This document shows, one piece after another, positions 47,040 through 61,641 of a stretch of 64,000 nt of DNA (its first letter is position 1; the number at the start of each line of letters is the position of its first letter). The stretch covers positions 59,148,001-59,212,000 of the forward strand of contig NC_043010.1 in NCBI RefSeq assembly GCF_006345805.1, in the 5' to 3' direction. The stretch comes from Octopus sinensis. Its lineage: Eukaryota. A model generated the notes under the pieces. It searched no databases. It had not been told where the DNA came from and saw only the letters and a program-made list of their open reading frames with translations. A program made the position numbers and the translations under genes.

Positions 47040-50000
47040 ATGTTCCTGTCATTGTCTATTGTATTGTCACTGGTCCACTGTGTCTTGACCATAGACCTTA
47101 CCTACCATGTGGAAGAAGAGAGAAGTCCAGGAACATATGTAGCAGACATTGCTGCCGATTCTAAACTTTTAGACAATGTTAAACCATCTGACCAACATTT
47201 GATAACATTCAGTCAATTCAAACGAAAGGTGGCACAGTTATTTAACATCACCAAAACAGGTAAATTGTACACTGCTCAGACACTGGATGCAGAAGATCTC
47301 TGCACATTCAACAAAGAATGTTCTAGAACTGTGAAGGTTGTTGTCAATAAAGGAAGAAGTATTACAAAAATATTAAAAATCAAAATAATCATAGAAGACA
47401 TTAATGACCATCAACCAAACTTTCCTATAAAGAATATCAACATAGAGTTTTATGAAGACATTGGTAAAGGTGCAAAAAGATCAATACCCAATGCTATGGA
47501 CAAAGATGTAGGATTTCAAAACTCATTAATACAATATAAATTAAGATCAAAGAATGGAGAACCATTCTCTCTGTCAGTGTCTAAAAGAGCTGATGGCATT
47601 TCTTCTCTGAAAATAGTTTTGAAAGAATCATTAGACAGAGAAATGAAAGATACATATTTATTACAAGTAATAGCTAAAGATGGAGGGTCACCAGCAAAAC
47701 AAGGAATTTTGAATATAAATATTTCTGTAATAGATGTTAATGATAACCCACCAGAGTTTTCTAAACCTCTCTATAATATATCCATACAAAGTACACATCA
47801 CAAATCTAAACCCATCATTGTTTTGTCTGTAACAGATGCTGATTCTGGTGAAAATGGTAAAATTTCTTTCCATTTCAGTCCAAAAACATCAGATCTAGCA
47901 GAAAGCTATTTTCAGTTGAATGAAACAAGTGGGGAAATTTTCGTGAGTAAATATTCAAATTTAGGAAAAAAGAAAACTTACGAATTGTTCATAGAGGCCA
48001 GAGATGGAGGCAGCCCTCCTCTCAGTTCCATAGCAACAGTCCTCGTGAATGTTATCAACCAACACAACAATCCTCCATCTATTGATATTGATTATGTTTC
48101 TGCAATCAATGACAACACAGCTACCCTTTCGGAAGACACCAGAGTTGGTAGCTTCATTGCTTACGTGATGGTCACTGACAATGATGTGGGACAAAATGGA
48201 GAGGTCAGCTGTGATATCAAACATGATACATTCAAACTACAGTCAATGGGATCTAAAGAATATAAAATCATTCTAAACAAACCAGTAGACAGAGAAACAC
48301 AAGGACACTATAACATTCCTGTCTCCTGTCAAGATAAAGGATTACCTCCTCTCAAAAGTGTTAAAAGCCTCTCTATCCAAGTGACTGACATCAACGATGT
48401 ACAACCACAGTTTACCAAAGATACATTCCAATTCCTCACCTACGAAAACAAAGATAAAGACTTCCCTATTGGTTTTGTCAATGCCACTGACCCTGATCTT
48501 GGATCTGCTGGACAACTCACATATTCTCTGCTGCGTAAAGAAAAATCCAATCTCCCATTTCTCATCACCAGTTATGGCTTCATTTCAGCGACCATGTCAT
48601 TGGACAGAGAGAAACAAGATGTGTATAAGTTTGAGGTTTTTGTCAAAGACAATGGAAGCCCATCTCTGAATGACACAGCGAATGTTGTTGTTGAGATTCT
48701 AGATCAAAATGACAATGCTCCGTATTTTACATATCCTAGTAGTGACCCTTACACGCTAAATGTGCAGTACCATCCGCAGAGTAAGAGTGACATCACAGTT
48801 TTGAGAGCGTCTGATGGGGACAGTGGAAACAATGCTTTCCTCAGATATGCAATCAAACAAGGAAATGATAAACAGTTGTTTAGTATGAACTCACACAGTG
48901 GTGCTTTATCCTTCTCCAGACAAGTTTATCTAAACGATGCTGGAAGTTATGAGCTGGTGTTTGTTGTGAAGGACAGTGGTAGTCCAGTTCAGTCGTCAAC
49001 AACTAGTGTCACTTTGGTGTTGGCTGTTAGTAACGAGACATCACCAATGTCGAAGAGTGGACCTTTACAATCTTCAGGTCGGGTCCATATGACATGGGTT
49101 ATTATCATTGTATCATCAGCAGTAATAATATCAGTGGCTATTGTTGTTTCTATAACGCTGTGTATTATGAAATGTATTAAACACAGAGATAACACAGCTG
49201 CTGCCACAAAGAATACAGCCTACCAAGGTAGAGCAGAGATGAAACAATTGTTGTACCAGACTAACACTTCTGTTGCTATGTCGAGGAATGCAGAAGAGAT
49301 GGTGAAGCGGAATATCTATTCTGAGAGATCCAAGAGTGAATGTTATGCAGAAGGTCAGCTACAGAACAAATATGAATCTTCAGTTCAGTCGAGAACTTTA
49401 CCAAAACCTACCCCAGTAAGTGGAAACATTACATTTTCTCTCTGTAAAAGTGAACAATGAAATCTCTTTGAATATGCTTTAACTTCTATAATACATTCCA
49501 ATATTAAATTGTTCTCTATCCATGTTGATTGTCACTTCCATTGTTTGGTGTCTTCTCACATTTCTTTATCGTTTGTTTGTCAACAGAAATACTGTCAACC
49601 TGTTGTGGTGACATCAAGTGATGATGCTGTGGAAGATAATGCTACTATGGTTTGTAACTATACATCAGATACAATGTCATCCAAGAGAAGTGGTAGACAT
49701 GGAGACTTGAAACATTACGAAGAAATACCAGGAATATCAGGTACATTAGCTATTATGTTGATGTTGTTTTTTCATCTCAAGTGTGGATTTTTGGTAACAG
49801 CCGTTTCTAACAGTTATATTGTCAGTTGTAAAGAATTCATTTCTACATTTTACCCTCATGTTTTTGGGGTATATTTTGTATCAACAATTTTTGGAATACA
49901 TCTGTTTTATTAAGTATTTATCTATTTTTGTGTAATTAAATCATAAGTTGCTCAAATTTTCAGTTTATTAACTCCAGAATATATATTTTATTATAATACG

Positions 50001-50161
50001 TTTTTTTTTTATTTTTTCATTAATCAATTAATGAAATCTGCAAGTCTGTGATTCTGTTATGCCTGTTTCCGATCTAAATTCCAGATCAAAATTTATATAA
50101 GAATAATGATGCAACTACATCGAAAGATTCCAGTGAAGAAACTCCAGTCAAACATGTATAA
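47040..50161 (+). CDS. Protocadherin G4 (~868 aa)
   Basis: Acceptor at 46982-83. Exons are 47040-49415, 49587-49740 (donor GTACAT) and 50085-50161 (DQNLYKNNDATTSKDSSEETPVKHV*). Confidence 0.95.
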
Positions 50162-50692
50162 TACTTTGCATTATGTAAATACAAGATATAGACTGTTCAG
50201 TACACACACACACACAGACACACACACACACACACACACACATTTGCTATAGACTCTATATAAGAATACAGATTATCAAAGGCAAAAAGATTTTGTAGAT
50301 AAGTCATTATTTTTTTTAATTATCCCTTGATTGCAAAATAGGTGGGGTTTTTAATATAATGAAAGAATGTTTATTACACTCCATAGTACACCAAATTTTC
50401 TATGTGTTGTTGATAACAATAACCAGAGATTATATTCTCTATGGTTTGCCATGTTTACTCTGTCCTTTGCGGGGCTTGTGTAATTCTCCTTCTGATGGTG
50501 TAAAAGTACATAAGGGAGATTTTTTATTTATCCATGAGATGAAGTTAGCTGACATCTTTGGAGTATTATTATTAACTATAAATGCTTTATAACTTAAGCT
50601 GGCAGCCACTGTGGGAAAGCATGATCATCACAACCTCTAAATATATGACCATGTTCATCAGGGAAAGAAATCAATATGAAGGGAGCAGCTTC

Positions 50693-50726
50693 ATTGGTCT
50701 CCTGTTTCGATCACTCGACCAATCAG
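50693..50726 (+). promoter_or_regulatory. Putative promoter P5 paired CCAAT boxes
   Basis: ATTGG at 50693 and CCAATCAG at 50719. Confidence 0.6.
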
Positions 50727-50906
50727 ATTCGGGATAAAACACACAACAATTCACTAACAAAGCCAAGCATTCACATCACTAATGTTATTATCCCAAACAG
50801 TTATGTTCTGTTTCAGTATAAACATAATTCTAGCTATTTAAATATATATCCATGTAAATAGTAAACATCTTCTTTGAGGACAAATACATGCACAGAATAC
50901 TATTAG

Positions 50907-51109
50907 GTGGATGTACTCTTACAAACATTCAACTTCAGTGACACATGCAACCCTCTCCTAGCAGCAGACTCTCTGCCTGACGTGCTACACTACTCCATCA
51001 CCATAACAGCCATTGTCACACCATTACAGCAGCACTTACAGTGGATCTTTCTACAACAATACATCTTTCTCTTTCTCACTGAATAACCAATGATATAATT
51101 ATTAAAAAG
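50907..51109 (+). other. Leader exon copy 5 (to G5)
   Basis: Same block with a variant first ~20 nt (GTGGATGTACTCTTACAAAC). Donor at 51110. Confidence 0.75.
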
Positions 51110-54100
51110 GTAAGTTTCCATTTAATCTCTTATAATCTCATTTTAATTTATTATCACTCACCAAATCTGTGAGATATTACTCCACAAACAATAACTAATA
51201 CAGACAATATAATAGCATCCATATTGTTTTATATGAAAATTAATTGGAAAATGCTGTTTGAAATGATTAATATTTAGACTTTACTTCATTGAAACAATAT
51301 TATTTGTTCCTAAATAATATTTGTTTTATATATTGGTCAGTAACAATAAGCAACTGTGTATATAATGTAGTGATGGAGTGTGTCTTTTTGTTGTGAATAT
51401 ATAGCAAATAGTATGCGAAAGAGATGTGAAGATATTAAATAAAAAGATATTTAGCAATATTTTGCCAAGAGTTTGAAATGGCTGTAAGTGTGTAGATTAT
51501 TAGAAATGATGAAGTGATGTTGTGTTACAAATTTTGTTTAGGGATAATGGCAGACATATTAAGATTAAAATGTGTGACGAGTGAACAACAATGGTGTCGT
51601 GCTGCAGAAGACAATAAAAGGACTAGCTATGTTTGTAACTGAATATATATATATATTTATGTATGTATATAGACAATACCATTATATGTTGCATATCTTT
51701 CATTATTATTTGTATTTGTGTTTGTCAGAAAATTGGAATTTCAAACATGTCATCTTAATTCAGCTGCTTTTTAAAATTTTTTTTTGTGTATAATTTCCGT
51801 CTAAATTTTCTAACATATTCTATACTGCATCCTTAGTATTTATCAGATATTTTGATAATGTTATAAATATGTGACTTTAATTAAAAGTAGAGTGTATTTA
51901 ATTTATAAATTCGGTTTACATATCAAATTAAAAGCAACCTATCAACATCATCATCATCAACACTGTATTGTCTGATATCTTTCATAATAATATTTAAACA
52001 CATAGCTTCTTGTATGAATTACTTAAACTCTAACTATTAATAATTTCTAGTCATAGAAATCTTAAACTAATTCACTTTAGCCTTGATTCTCATAAGATAT
52101 TTAATTCACGTCTTAACCAGCTTTTGTTACTTATTTTCTTGTCATTCAATTGCAATCAGAGTTGCTCGTTATCATTCAGCAGCCCTAATTGTAAACATTG
52201 GTTTAAATTGTTTGTAATTAAGTTAGATTCTACAGTTTAATTCCTTTAATATATTCTCTGAATACTTTTACTTTGTCTGTGATTCTTAAAGCAAATGTGA
52301 CTCCAATTTATGATTAGGATCAGTCATATCTTCATTAGTGACTTTGCTTTCTAAACATAATCACAAGTAGTTTCGGAACAAAGAGATAATCTCTAATCTC
52401 ACATTATGTGGAAACTGAAAGCTTGACTGAGATTTGTGTCTGACAATGGATTAAAGGAGATGGCATAAATTTCTTCATTTAAAATGGTTTTGAAGGAAGA
52501 AAAGAAAAGAAATGCTCTAGATGTGTAAAATAATGTGTTAGAAGTCACGAAATATGGAGAAAGTTTGTCTTACTGGTTGAGAAAAATCCCTGCAAGATGC
52601 CAGGCGCCTATTTAGGTGCACAAATGTGCCATAAGTACAAACAATTACACAAACCCAATCATCCAAGCATTTATACAAATATTTTGCCCAGCCCTGGTAG
52701 CTTCTCCACCACTTCAACACCCTCTCTCTGGTCCCTCTTCATTTCCATGACACCCCTCACCTCTCTTTATTTCACTGATACTGTCCATCTCAAGCTATTT
52801 CTCCTTCACCCATTCTCCACCCTGTTTATCTGGCCGTATGCACCCTTGTAACATGAGACAGTACTGAGTCCTTCCTGTTCAACCCACCCCATCATCCTTA
52901 CCACTCTAATATTAATTAATGGTAATAAATGGTAAGAAATATGAATGGATCAATTTGATCCTTCTTTGAATTGAACAGATGAGAATCAAGACAGCTATAG
53001 AAGTAAGGTATATATAGGTAGTCTATGGTTAAGGACGATGCTGTGGAACCTTTTGGAATGGTTCCTGAAGTATTGAAAATATTAATATTGTTAAGGATAA
53101 CATTTCCTGTGATAAAGAACATACCTCTGACTTCATCTCTGTTAAAGCAGTTTCACCAAGATGTTTCAAGGAAAAACTATGAAATGAGAATGTCAGACTA
53201 AACTGAAGTTTATTTCTCTTTTACTAAAGATAAAAGTTATAAAAATAAATCTTTGATTCAAATGTTTTGCTTAAATTAGTGGTGGTGATCATAATGTGTT
53301 TTGATTACTGTTGCTTAAATCATCAGACACCGTGTGAGGTTTGAGAGTGGAGGAGTTCAGTGTAGTGTTTGAAATGCATGTTGTAAGTTTGAAAGAAAAA
53401 TGTTTCAGTAGAGACAATAAGGAATCTGTTTGTTTTTAGGTTTGCATCTGAGAAGAGTAAATCTGTGTAATGTTGATTCTGTTAGATTGGATTATAATTC
53501 TACCCAGTCTCTACATGCTGGAGTATTAGTAGTGTTGGTATAAATAGTTGAAGATGCTGGAGATGGCAACCACCTCTTCTGGCCATTTATGATTCAAATA
53601 CATATTTGTAATTTTGTCAGGCTCTGAGGATTTTGAAGTCGTATAAAATATATATTCATAGTATTCTAGAAAGATGCACATTTAATTTAAGAACTTTTCA
53701 TTTGTAGAAAATAACGGATGAAATACATTTTCTCCTTGATCACCGGCCACTAATTATTACCATTGTGAACAGTAAAAGAATATTATATTTGGTAAAAAGC
53801 CCTAGCATAGATGGTGGGCAGATGGGGTGGGCAACCCCAGGTGACACTTTTATGGCGGCCCACGGGTGGAAAACTGAAGGGGTGCCCCAGGCAGCACACA
53901 CTCCAGCTAAGCTAGTGGTAAAAAGGCCTTTATGTTGGTGTTACAAAATGTTAGCTCTGGTTAAGTAAGCCATATAATCTGAAAAGATTATTTCCTCGAA
54001 TAATAAGTAATAGGCGCTCATGGACTTGGTATTTTCGTATGACTTTTGTGACAGAAAATCCAGTTAGGAAGGCTTTGCCTGTGCACACATGTATAAGTGT

Positions 54101-55268
54101 GTGTATGTGCGCAGAAGAATATATCCGTATGAGTGTGTATAGCTGTACACATGCTTGTGCATGTGCACATATGTATGCATGGTTATGCATACCAGTGAGT
54201 ACGTATATGTCTTAATAAACGATTGAATTCATCTCTGATATAAGAGTGCATTTGTTTAAGTTGTTCCATCTTGAAAGCCCATGAGAAAGCAAAGTTATGC
54301 TCCTCTGTTTATGAACTCCAAAGTAAGTTATGCACTGCTAATCCCTCATTGGTTGGTGAACAAAATACATGGCAGCCGGCCAGTGAAATGTAGTGTAACC
54401 AAATTGCAGTCTGATATAATTTGCAATGGAATTAGATATTCAGTCCTTTAAGTGATAGAACACCAACCATGGAACATTCTCTACCACTTAAAGTAGCCAT
54501 TACAAGTCTTTTGATGACCCATTTGTACTTCTTTTGTATAATGAAAATAATGGTTCATATTTCATGGTCTTGGTAGGTGTGCATCTTGCTGTTTTCAGTT
54601 GACACATGAATTCATAGCTTTGTATGCATCCATTTTTGGAACATATACTTTCTTATGCAATTGCAGCATGGAAGACAAGTTAGTTACTAAGAAACACTCA
54701 GGCTAAGAAACTTCACTTAAATCCCTATTTTAATATGCTGTCAAAATTTCCATTACTCACAACTGCATCATGTTGCAATTCTAACAGACATTTCTTTTTC
54801 ATTTTTCCCTCTGCATCTCACTGAACAGCTATCAAATAAATGTTTAAATGAAGCATGCATTTGTAGTTTACTTTTGAGTCAACAAATGTCTTTGACACTG
54901 CAATCATTTTAGTTACAGAACATGATCTCAGATCAAAACCCTTCATGTGTATATACATCTCTGAAATTCTTCTTATGGAAAATGTTTTTGGTATTGAAGA
55001 ACCTTATCTAATACCACTTTCCCTGACAAGTAGTTTTTGATTTTTTTTCAGTCATGTTGAGTACATTGAAGCCATTTTATATATGTTTCAATCTATAAGT
55101 AAACTGCCATAAAGGATGAGTCTCATATCCTCTTATTATTTCGATGTTACCTGTGGATTTTAAGTTGTAGTTTATTTTTGATAAAAATTGTTTAATGAAC
55201 TATATTTCTGTTTTAGGTTCAAACAACATATCTTGATAGCCTGAAGTGTACCATCACTCCAGAACAAT

Positions 55269-58200
55269 ATGTTCCTGTCATTGTCCATTGTATTGTCACT
55301 GGTCCACTGTGTCCTGACCATAGACCTTACCTACCACGTGGAAGAAGAGAGAAGTCCAGGAACATATGTAGCAGACATTGCTGCCGATTCTAAACTTTTA
55401 GACAATGTTAAACCATCTGACCAACATTTGATAACATTCAGTCAATTCAAACGAAAGGTGGCACAGTTATTTAACATCACCAAAACAGGTAAACTGTACA
55501 CTGCTCAGACACTGGATGCAGAAGATCTCTGTACATTTAACAAAGAATGTTCCAGAACTATGAAAGTTGTTGTCAATAAAGGAACCAGTGTTTCAAAAAT
55601 ATTAAAAATCAAAATAATCATAGAAGACATCAATGATCATCAACCAGAGTTTCCTATGAGGGTAGTTAATATACAGTTTGGTGAACATGATCGTGATGGA
55701 GCCAAAGTGTCACTACCAAACGCAATGGACAAGGATATAGGATTTCAAAACTCATTAATACAATATAAATTAAAATCAAAGAATGGAGAACCATTCTCTT
55801 TGTCAGTGTCTAAAAGAGCTGATGGTATTTCTTCTCTTAAAATAGTTTTAAAAGAATCATTGGACAGAGAAATCAAAGATACATATTTATTACAGGTCAT
55901 AGCTAAAGATGGAGGGTCACCAGCAAAACAAGGGATTTTGAATATAAATATTTCTGTAACAGATGAAAATGACAACCCACCTGTATTTTCTAAACCTCTG
56001 TATAATATATCCATACAAAGTAAACATCACAGGTCTAAACCCATCATTGTTTTATCTGTGACTGATGCTGATGCTGGTGAAAATGGTAAAATTACTTTCC
56101 ATTTTAGTCCAAAGACATCAGATATAGCAAAAAGCTATTTTCAATTGAACGAAACCAGTGGAAATATTCTGTTAAGGGAATATTCAAATCTGGGTAAAAA
56201 GAAAACCTATGAATTGTTTATTGAAGCCAGAGACGGGGGCAGCCCTCCTCTCATTTCTATAGCAACTGTTTTGGTAAATGTCATCAACCAACACAACAAT
56301 CCTCCATCTATTGATATTGATTATGTTAATGCAATCAATGACAACACAGCTACTATTTCTGAAAACATCAAAGTTGGTAGTTTCATTGCTTATGTGATGG
56401 TCACTGACAATGATGTGGGACAAAATGGAGAGGTCAGCTGTGATATCAAACATGATACATTCAAACTACAGTCAATGGGATCTAAAGAATATAAAATCAT
56501 TCTAAACAAACCAGTGGACAGAGAAACACAAGGACACTATAACATTCCTGTCTCCTGTCAAGATAAAGGATTACCTCCTCTCAAAAGTGTTAAAAGCCTC
56601 TCTATCCAAGTGACTGACATCAACGATGTACAACCACAGTTTACCAAAGATACATTCCAATTCCTCACCTACGAAAACAAAGATAAAGACTTCCCTATTG
56701 GTTTTGTCAATGCCACTGACCCCGATCTTGGATCTGCTGGACAACTCACATATTCTCTGCTGCGTAAAGAAAAATCCAATCTCCCATTTCTCATCACCAG
56801 TTATGGCTTCATTTCAGCGACCATGTCATTGGACAGAGAGAAACAAGATGTGTATAAGTTTGAGGTTTTTGTCAAAGATAATGGAAGCCCATCTCTGAAT
56901 GACACAGCGAATGTTGTTGTTGAGATTCTAGATCAAAATGACAATGCTCCGTATTTTACATATCCTAGTAGTGACCCTTACACGCTAAATGTGCAGTACC
57001 ATCCGCAGAGTAAGAGTGACATCACAGTTTTGAGAGCGTCTGATGGGGACAGTGGAAACAATGCTTTCCTCAGATATGCAATCATACAAGGAAATGATAA
57101 ACAGTTGTTTAGTATGAACTCACACAGTGGTGCTTTATCCTTCTCCAGACAAGTTTATCTAAATGATGCTGGAAGTTATGAGCTGGTGTTTGTTGTGAAG
57201 GACAGTGGTAGTCCAGTTCAGTCGTCAACAACTAGTGTCACTTTGGTATTGGCTGTTAGTAACGAGACATCACCAATGTCGAAGAGTGGACCATTACAAT
57301 CTTCAGGTCGGGTCCATATGACATGGGTTATTATCATTGTATCATCAGCAGTAATAATATCAGTGGCTATTGTTGTTTCTATAACGCTGTGTATTATGAA
57401 ATGTATTAAACACAGAGATAACACAGCTGCTGCCACAAAGAATACAGCCTACCAAGGTAGAGCAGAGATGAAACAATTGTTGTACCAGACTAACACTTCT
57501 GTTGCTATGTCGAGGAATGCAGAAGAGATGGTGAAGCGGAACATCTATTCTGAGAGATCCAAGAGTGAATGTTATGCAGAAGGTCAGCTACAGAACAAAT
57601 ATGAATCTTCAGTTCAGTCGAGAACTTTACCAAAACCTACCCCAGTAAGTGGAAACATTACATTTTCTCTCTGTAAAAGTGAACAATGAAATCTCTTTGA
57701 ATATGTTTTAACTTCAATAATACATTCCAATATTAAATTGTTCTCTATCCATGTTGATTGTAACTTCCGTTGTTTGGTGTCTTCTCACATTTCTTTATCG
57801 TTTGTTTGTCAACAGAAATACTGTCAACCTGTTGTGGTGACATCAAGTGATGATGCTGTGGAAGATAATGCTACTATGGTTTGTAACTATACATCAGATA
57901 CAATGTCATCCAAGAGAAGTGGTAGACATGGAGACTTGAAACATTATGAAGAAATACCAGGAGTATCAGGTTAGTAACTATTAAATATACTGTCGGTTGT
58001 GAAGAATTCATTTCAACAGTTTTCCCTCATACTTTTGGGGGAATATTTTGTGTCAACAATTTCTGGAATAAATCTGTTTTATTTATTATTTATCTATTCT
58101 TAACTAATGAGATAACAAGTTGCTCAAATTTTCTGTTTATGAACTCCAGAATATATGTTTTGTTATAGCATATTTTTTTCTTTTTCATTAAGCAGTTAAT

Positions 58201-58333
58201 TAATGAAATCTGCAAGTCTGTGATTTTGTAATGCATGTTTCCAATCTAAATTCCAGATCAAAATTTATATAAGAATAATGATGCAACTACGTCGAAAGAT
58301 TCCAGTGAAGAAACTCCAGTCAAACATGTATAA
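55269..58333 (+). CDS. Protocadherin G5 (~868 aa)
   Basis: Acceptor at 55215-16. Exons are 55269-57644, 57816-57969 and 58257-58333. Confidence 0.95.
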
Positions 58334-58854
58334 TACTTTGCATTATGTAAATACAAGATATAGACTCTTCAGTACACACACACACACACACACACACACA
58401 TTTTGCTATATACTCTATATAAGAATACAGATTATCAAAGGCAAAAAGATAATATAGATAAGTTATTATTTTTTTCTTTTTTAATTATCCCTTGATTGCA
58501 AAATAGGTGGGGTTTTTAATATAATGAAAGAATGTTTATTACACTCAATAGTACACCAAATTTTCTATGTTTTATTGATAATAATAACCAGAGATTATAT
58601 TGTATATGGTTTGCCATGTTTACTCTGTCCTTTGCAGGGCTTGTGTAATTCTCCTTCTGATGGTGTAAAAGTACATAAGGGAGATTTTTATTTATCCATG
58701 AGATGAAGTTACCTGACATCTTTGGAGTATTATTATTAACTATAAATGCTATAACTTAAGCTGGCAGCCACTGTGGGAAAGCATGATCATCACAACCTCT
58801 AAATATATGACCATGTTCATCAGGGAAAGAAATCAATATGAAGGGAGCAGCTTC

Positions 58855-58888
58855 ATTGGTCTCCTGTTTCGATCACTCGACCAATCAG
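58855..58888 (+). promoter_or_regulatory. Putative promoter P6 paired CCAAT boxes
   Basis: ATTGG at 58855 and CCAATCAG at 58881. Confidence 0.6.
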
Positions 58889-59068
58889 ATTCGGGATAAA
58901 ACACACAACAATTCACTAACAAAGCCAAGCCTTCACATCACTAATGTTATTATCCCAAACAGTTATGTTCTGTTTCAGTATAAACATAATTCTAGCTATT
59001 TAAATATATATCCATGTAAATAGTAAACATCTTCTTTGAGGACAAATACATGCACAGAATACTATTAG

Positions 59069-59271
59069 GTGGATGTACTCTTACAAACATACAACTTCAG
59101 TGACACATGCAACCCTCTCCTAGCAGCAGACTCTCTGCCTGACGTGCTACACTACTCCATCACCATAACAGCCATTGTCACACCATTACAGCAGCACTTA
59201 CAATGGATCTTTCTACAACAATACATCTTTCTCTTTCTCACTGAATAACCAATGATATAATTATTAAAAAG
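59069..59271 (+). other. Leader exon copy 6 (to G6)
   Basis: Same variant as copy 5. Donor at 59272. Confidence 0.75.
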
Positions 59272-61641
59272 GTAAGTTTCCATTTAATCTCTTATAATCT
59301 CATTTTAATTTATTATCACTCACCAAATCTGTGAGATATTACTCCACAAACAATAACTAATACAGACAATATAATAGCGTCCATATTGTTTTATATGAAA
59401 ATTAATTGGAAAATGCTGTTTGAAATGATTAATATTTAGACTTTACTTCATTGAAACAATATTATGCGTTCCTAAATAATATTTGTTTTATATATTGGTC
59501 AGTAACAATAAGCAACTGTGTATATAATGTAGTGATGGAGTGTGTCTTTTTGTTGTGAATATATAGCAAATAGTATGAGAAAGAGATGTGGAGATATTAA
59601 ATAAAAAGATATTTAGCAATATTTTGCCAAGAGTTTGAAATGGCTGTAAGTGTGTAGATTATTAGAAATGATGAAGTGATGTTGTGTTACAAATTTTGTT
59701 TAGGGATAATGGCAGACATATTAAGATTAAAATGTGTGACGAGTGAACAACAATGGTGTCGTGCTGCAGAAGACAATAAAAGGACTAGCTATGTTTTTAA
59801 CTGAATATATATATATATATCTATGTATGTATATAGACAATACCATTATATGTTGCATATCTTTCATTATTATTTGTATTTGTGTTTGTCAGAAAATTGG
59901 AATTTCAAACATGTCATCTTAATTCAGCTGCTTTTTCTTATTTTTTTCTGTATAATTTCTGTCCAAATTTTCTAACATATTCTATACTGCATCCTTAGTA
60001 TTTATCAGATATTTTGATAATGTTATAAATATGTGACTTTAATTAAAAGTAGGGTGTATTTAATTTATAAATTCGATTTACATATCAAATTAAAAGCAAC
60101 CTATCAACATCATCATCATCATCATCATCACTGTATTGTCTGATATCTTTCGTAATAATATTTAAACATATAGCTTCTTGTATGAATTACTTAAACTCTA
60201 ACTATTAATAATTTCTAGTCATGGAAATCTTAAACTAATTCACTTTAGCCTTGATTCTCATAAGATATTTAATTCACGTCTTAACCATCTTTTGTTACTT
60301 ATTTTCTTGTCATTCAATTGCAATCAGAGTTGCTCGTTATCATTCGGCAGCCCTAATTGTAAACATTGGTTTAAATTGTTTGTTATTAAGTTAGATTCTA
60401 CAACTTAATTCTTTAATATATTCTCTGAAGACATTTACTTTGTCTGTGATTCTTAAAGCAAATGTGACTCCAGTTTATGATTGGGATCAGTCATATCTTC
60501 ATTAGTGACTTTGCTTTCTAAACATAATCACAAGTAGTTTCGGAACAAAGAGATAATCTCTAATCTCACATTATGTGGAAACTGAAAGCTTGACTGAGAT
60601 TTGTGTTTGACAATGGATTAAAGGAGATGGCATAAATTTCTTCATTTAAAATGGTTTTGAAGGAAGAAAAGAAAAGAAATGCTCTAGATGTGTAAAATAA
60701 TGTGTTAGAAGTCACGAAACATGGAGAAAGTTTGTCTTACTGGTTGAGAAAAATCCCTGCAAGATGCCAGGCGCCTATTTAGGTGCACAAATGTGCCATA
60801 AATACAAACAATTACACAAACCCAATCATCCAAGCATTTATACAAATATTTTGCCCGGCCCTGGTAGCTTCTTCACCACTTCAATACCCTCTCTCTGGTC
60901 CCTCTTCATTTCCATGACACCTCTCACCTCTCTTTATTTCACGGACACTCTCCATGCAGCTACTTTAATACCTTTTCCACCTCAAGCTATTTCTATTTCA
61001 CCCACTCTCCACCCTATTTACCTGGCTATATGCACCCTTATAACTTGGGACAGTACTGAGTCCTTCATGTTCAACCCACCCCATCATCCTTACCAGGCTC
61101 TCTATCTCTCTTCTCTCATTAAATTCCAACACTACACTTTCCTTTCCCTTAACTCGGGTACCTTCCATTATTCACCCCTGTAACCTCGTCTCCTCTCCTA
61201 CTCTCTCCATTACCATCCTCACACAGCAATAAATATAAATCTAATCTTTTCCATTATAATTTAGCTTCTCAATACTTTGCCTAAAATCTTTGCCTTGTCT
61301 GCTCTTCTCTACTTTCAATTGTGAGAGCACTTTAGTCTTAGGAGTTGCAAGGCAACCTCACTAGTGCAGGTGCTTCAATAAAAGCAGCTACTACATTTGG
61401 TAAGATGGTTTGAGGAATTGAATAGAGGTAATGCAGAGTTTTGTCTTGGCAAGGGCCCTGGCAACACTCTTGCAAAGTTTTTAGTCATGAAGGAAATACA
61501 TGTCTGCTTAGAAATTTTGTGGCTGCTTATGGATTATGCCTAAGTGGAGTATGAGTATGATGAACAATTTGATATCAGCTGTAGAGGACTGTGTAAAGTT
61601 ATAGATGGTTCATAATGAGAGACAGGGAGAGAGAGAGATTG

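Larger units (their letters stand above)
50085..52903 (+). repeat. Recent segmental duplicate of 58257-61095 (terminal exon, 3'UTR, promoter, leader, first ~1.8 kb of leader intron)
   Basis: Long near-identical non-coding stretches that differ mainly in microsatellite length and scattered substitutions. Identity drops after ~52780/60940. Confidence 0.9.
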
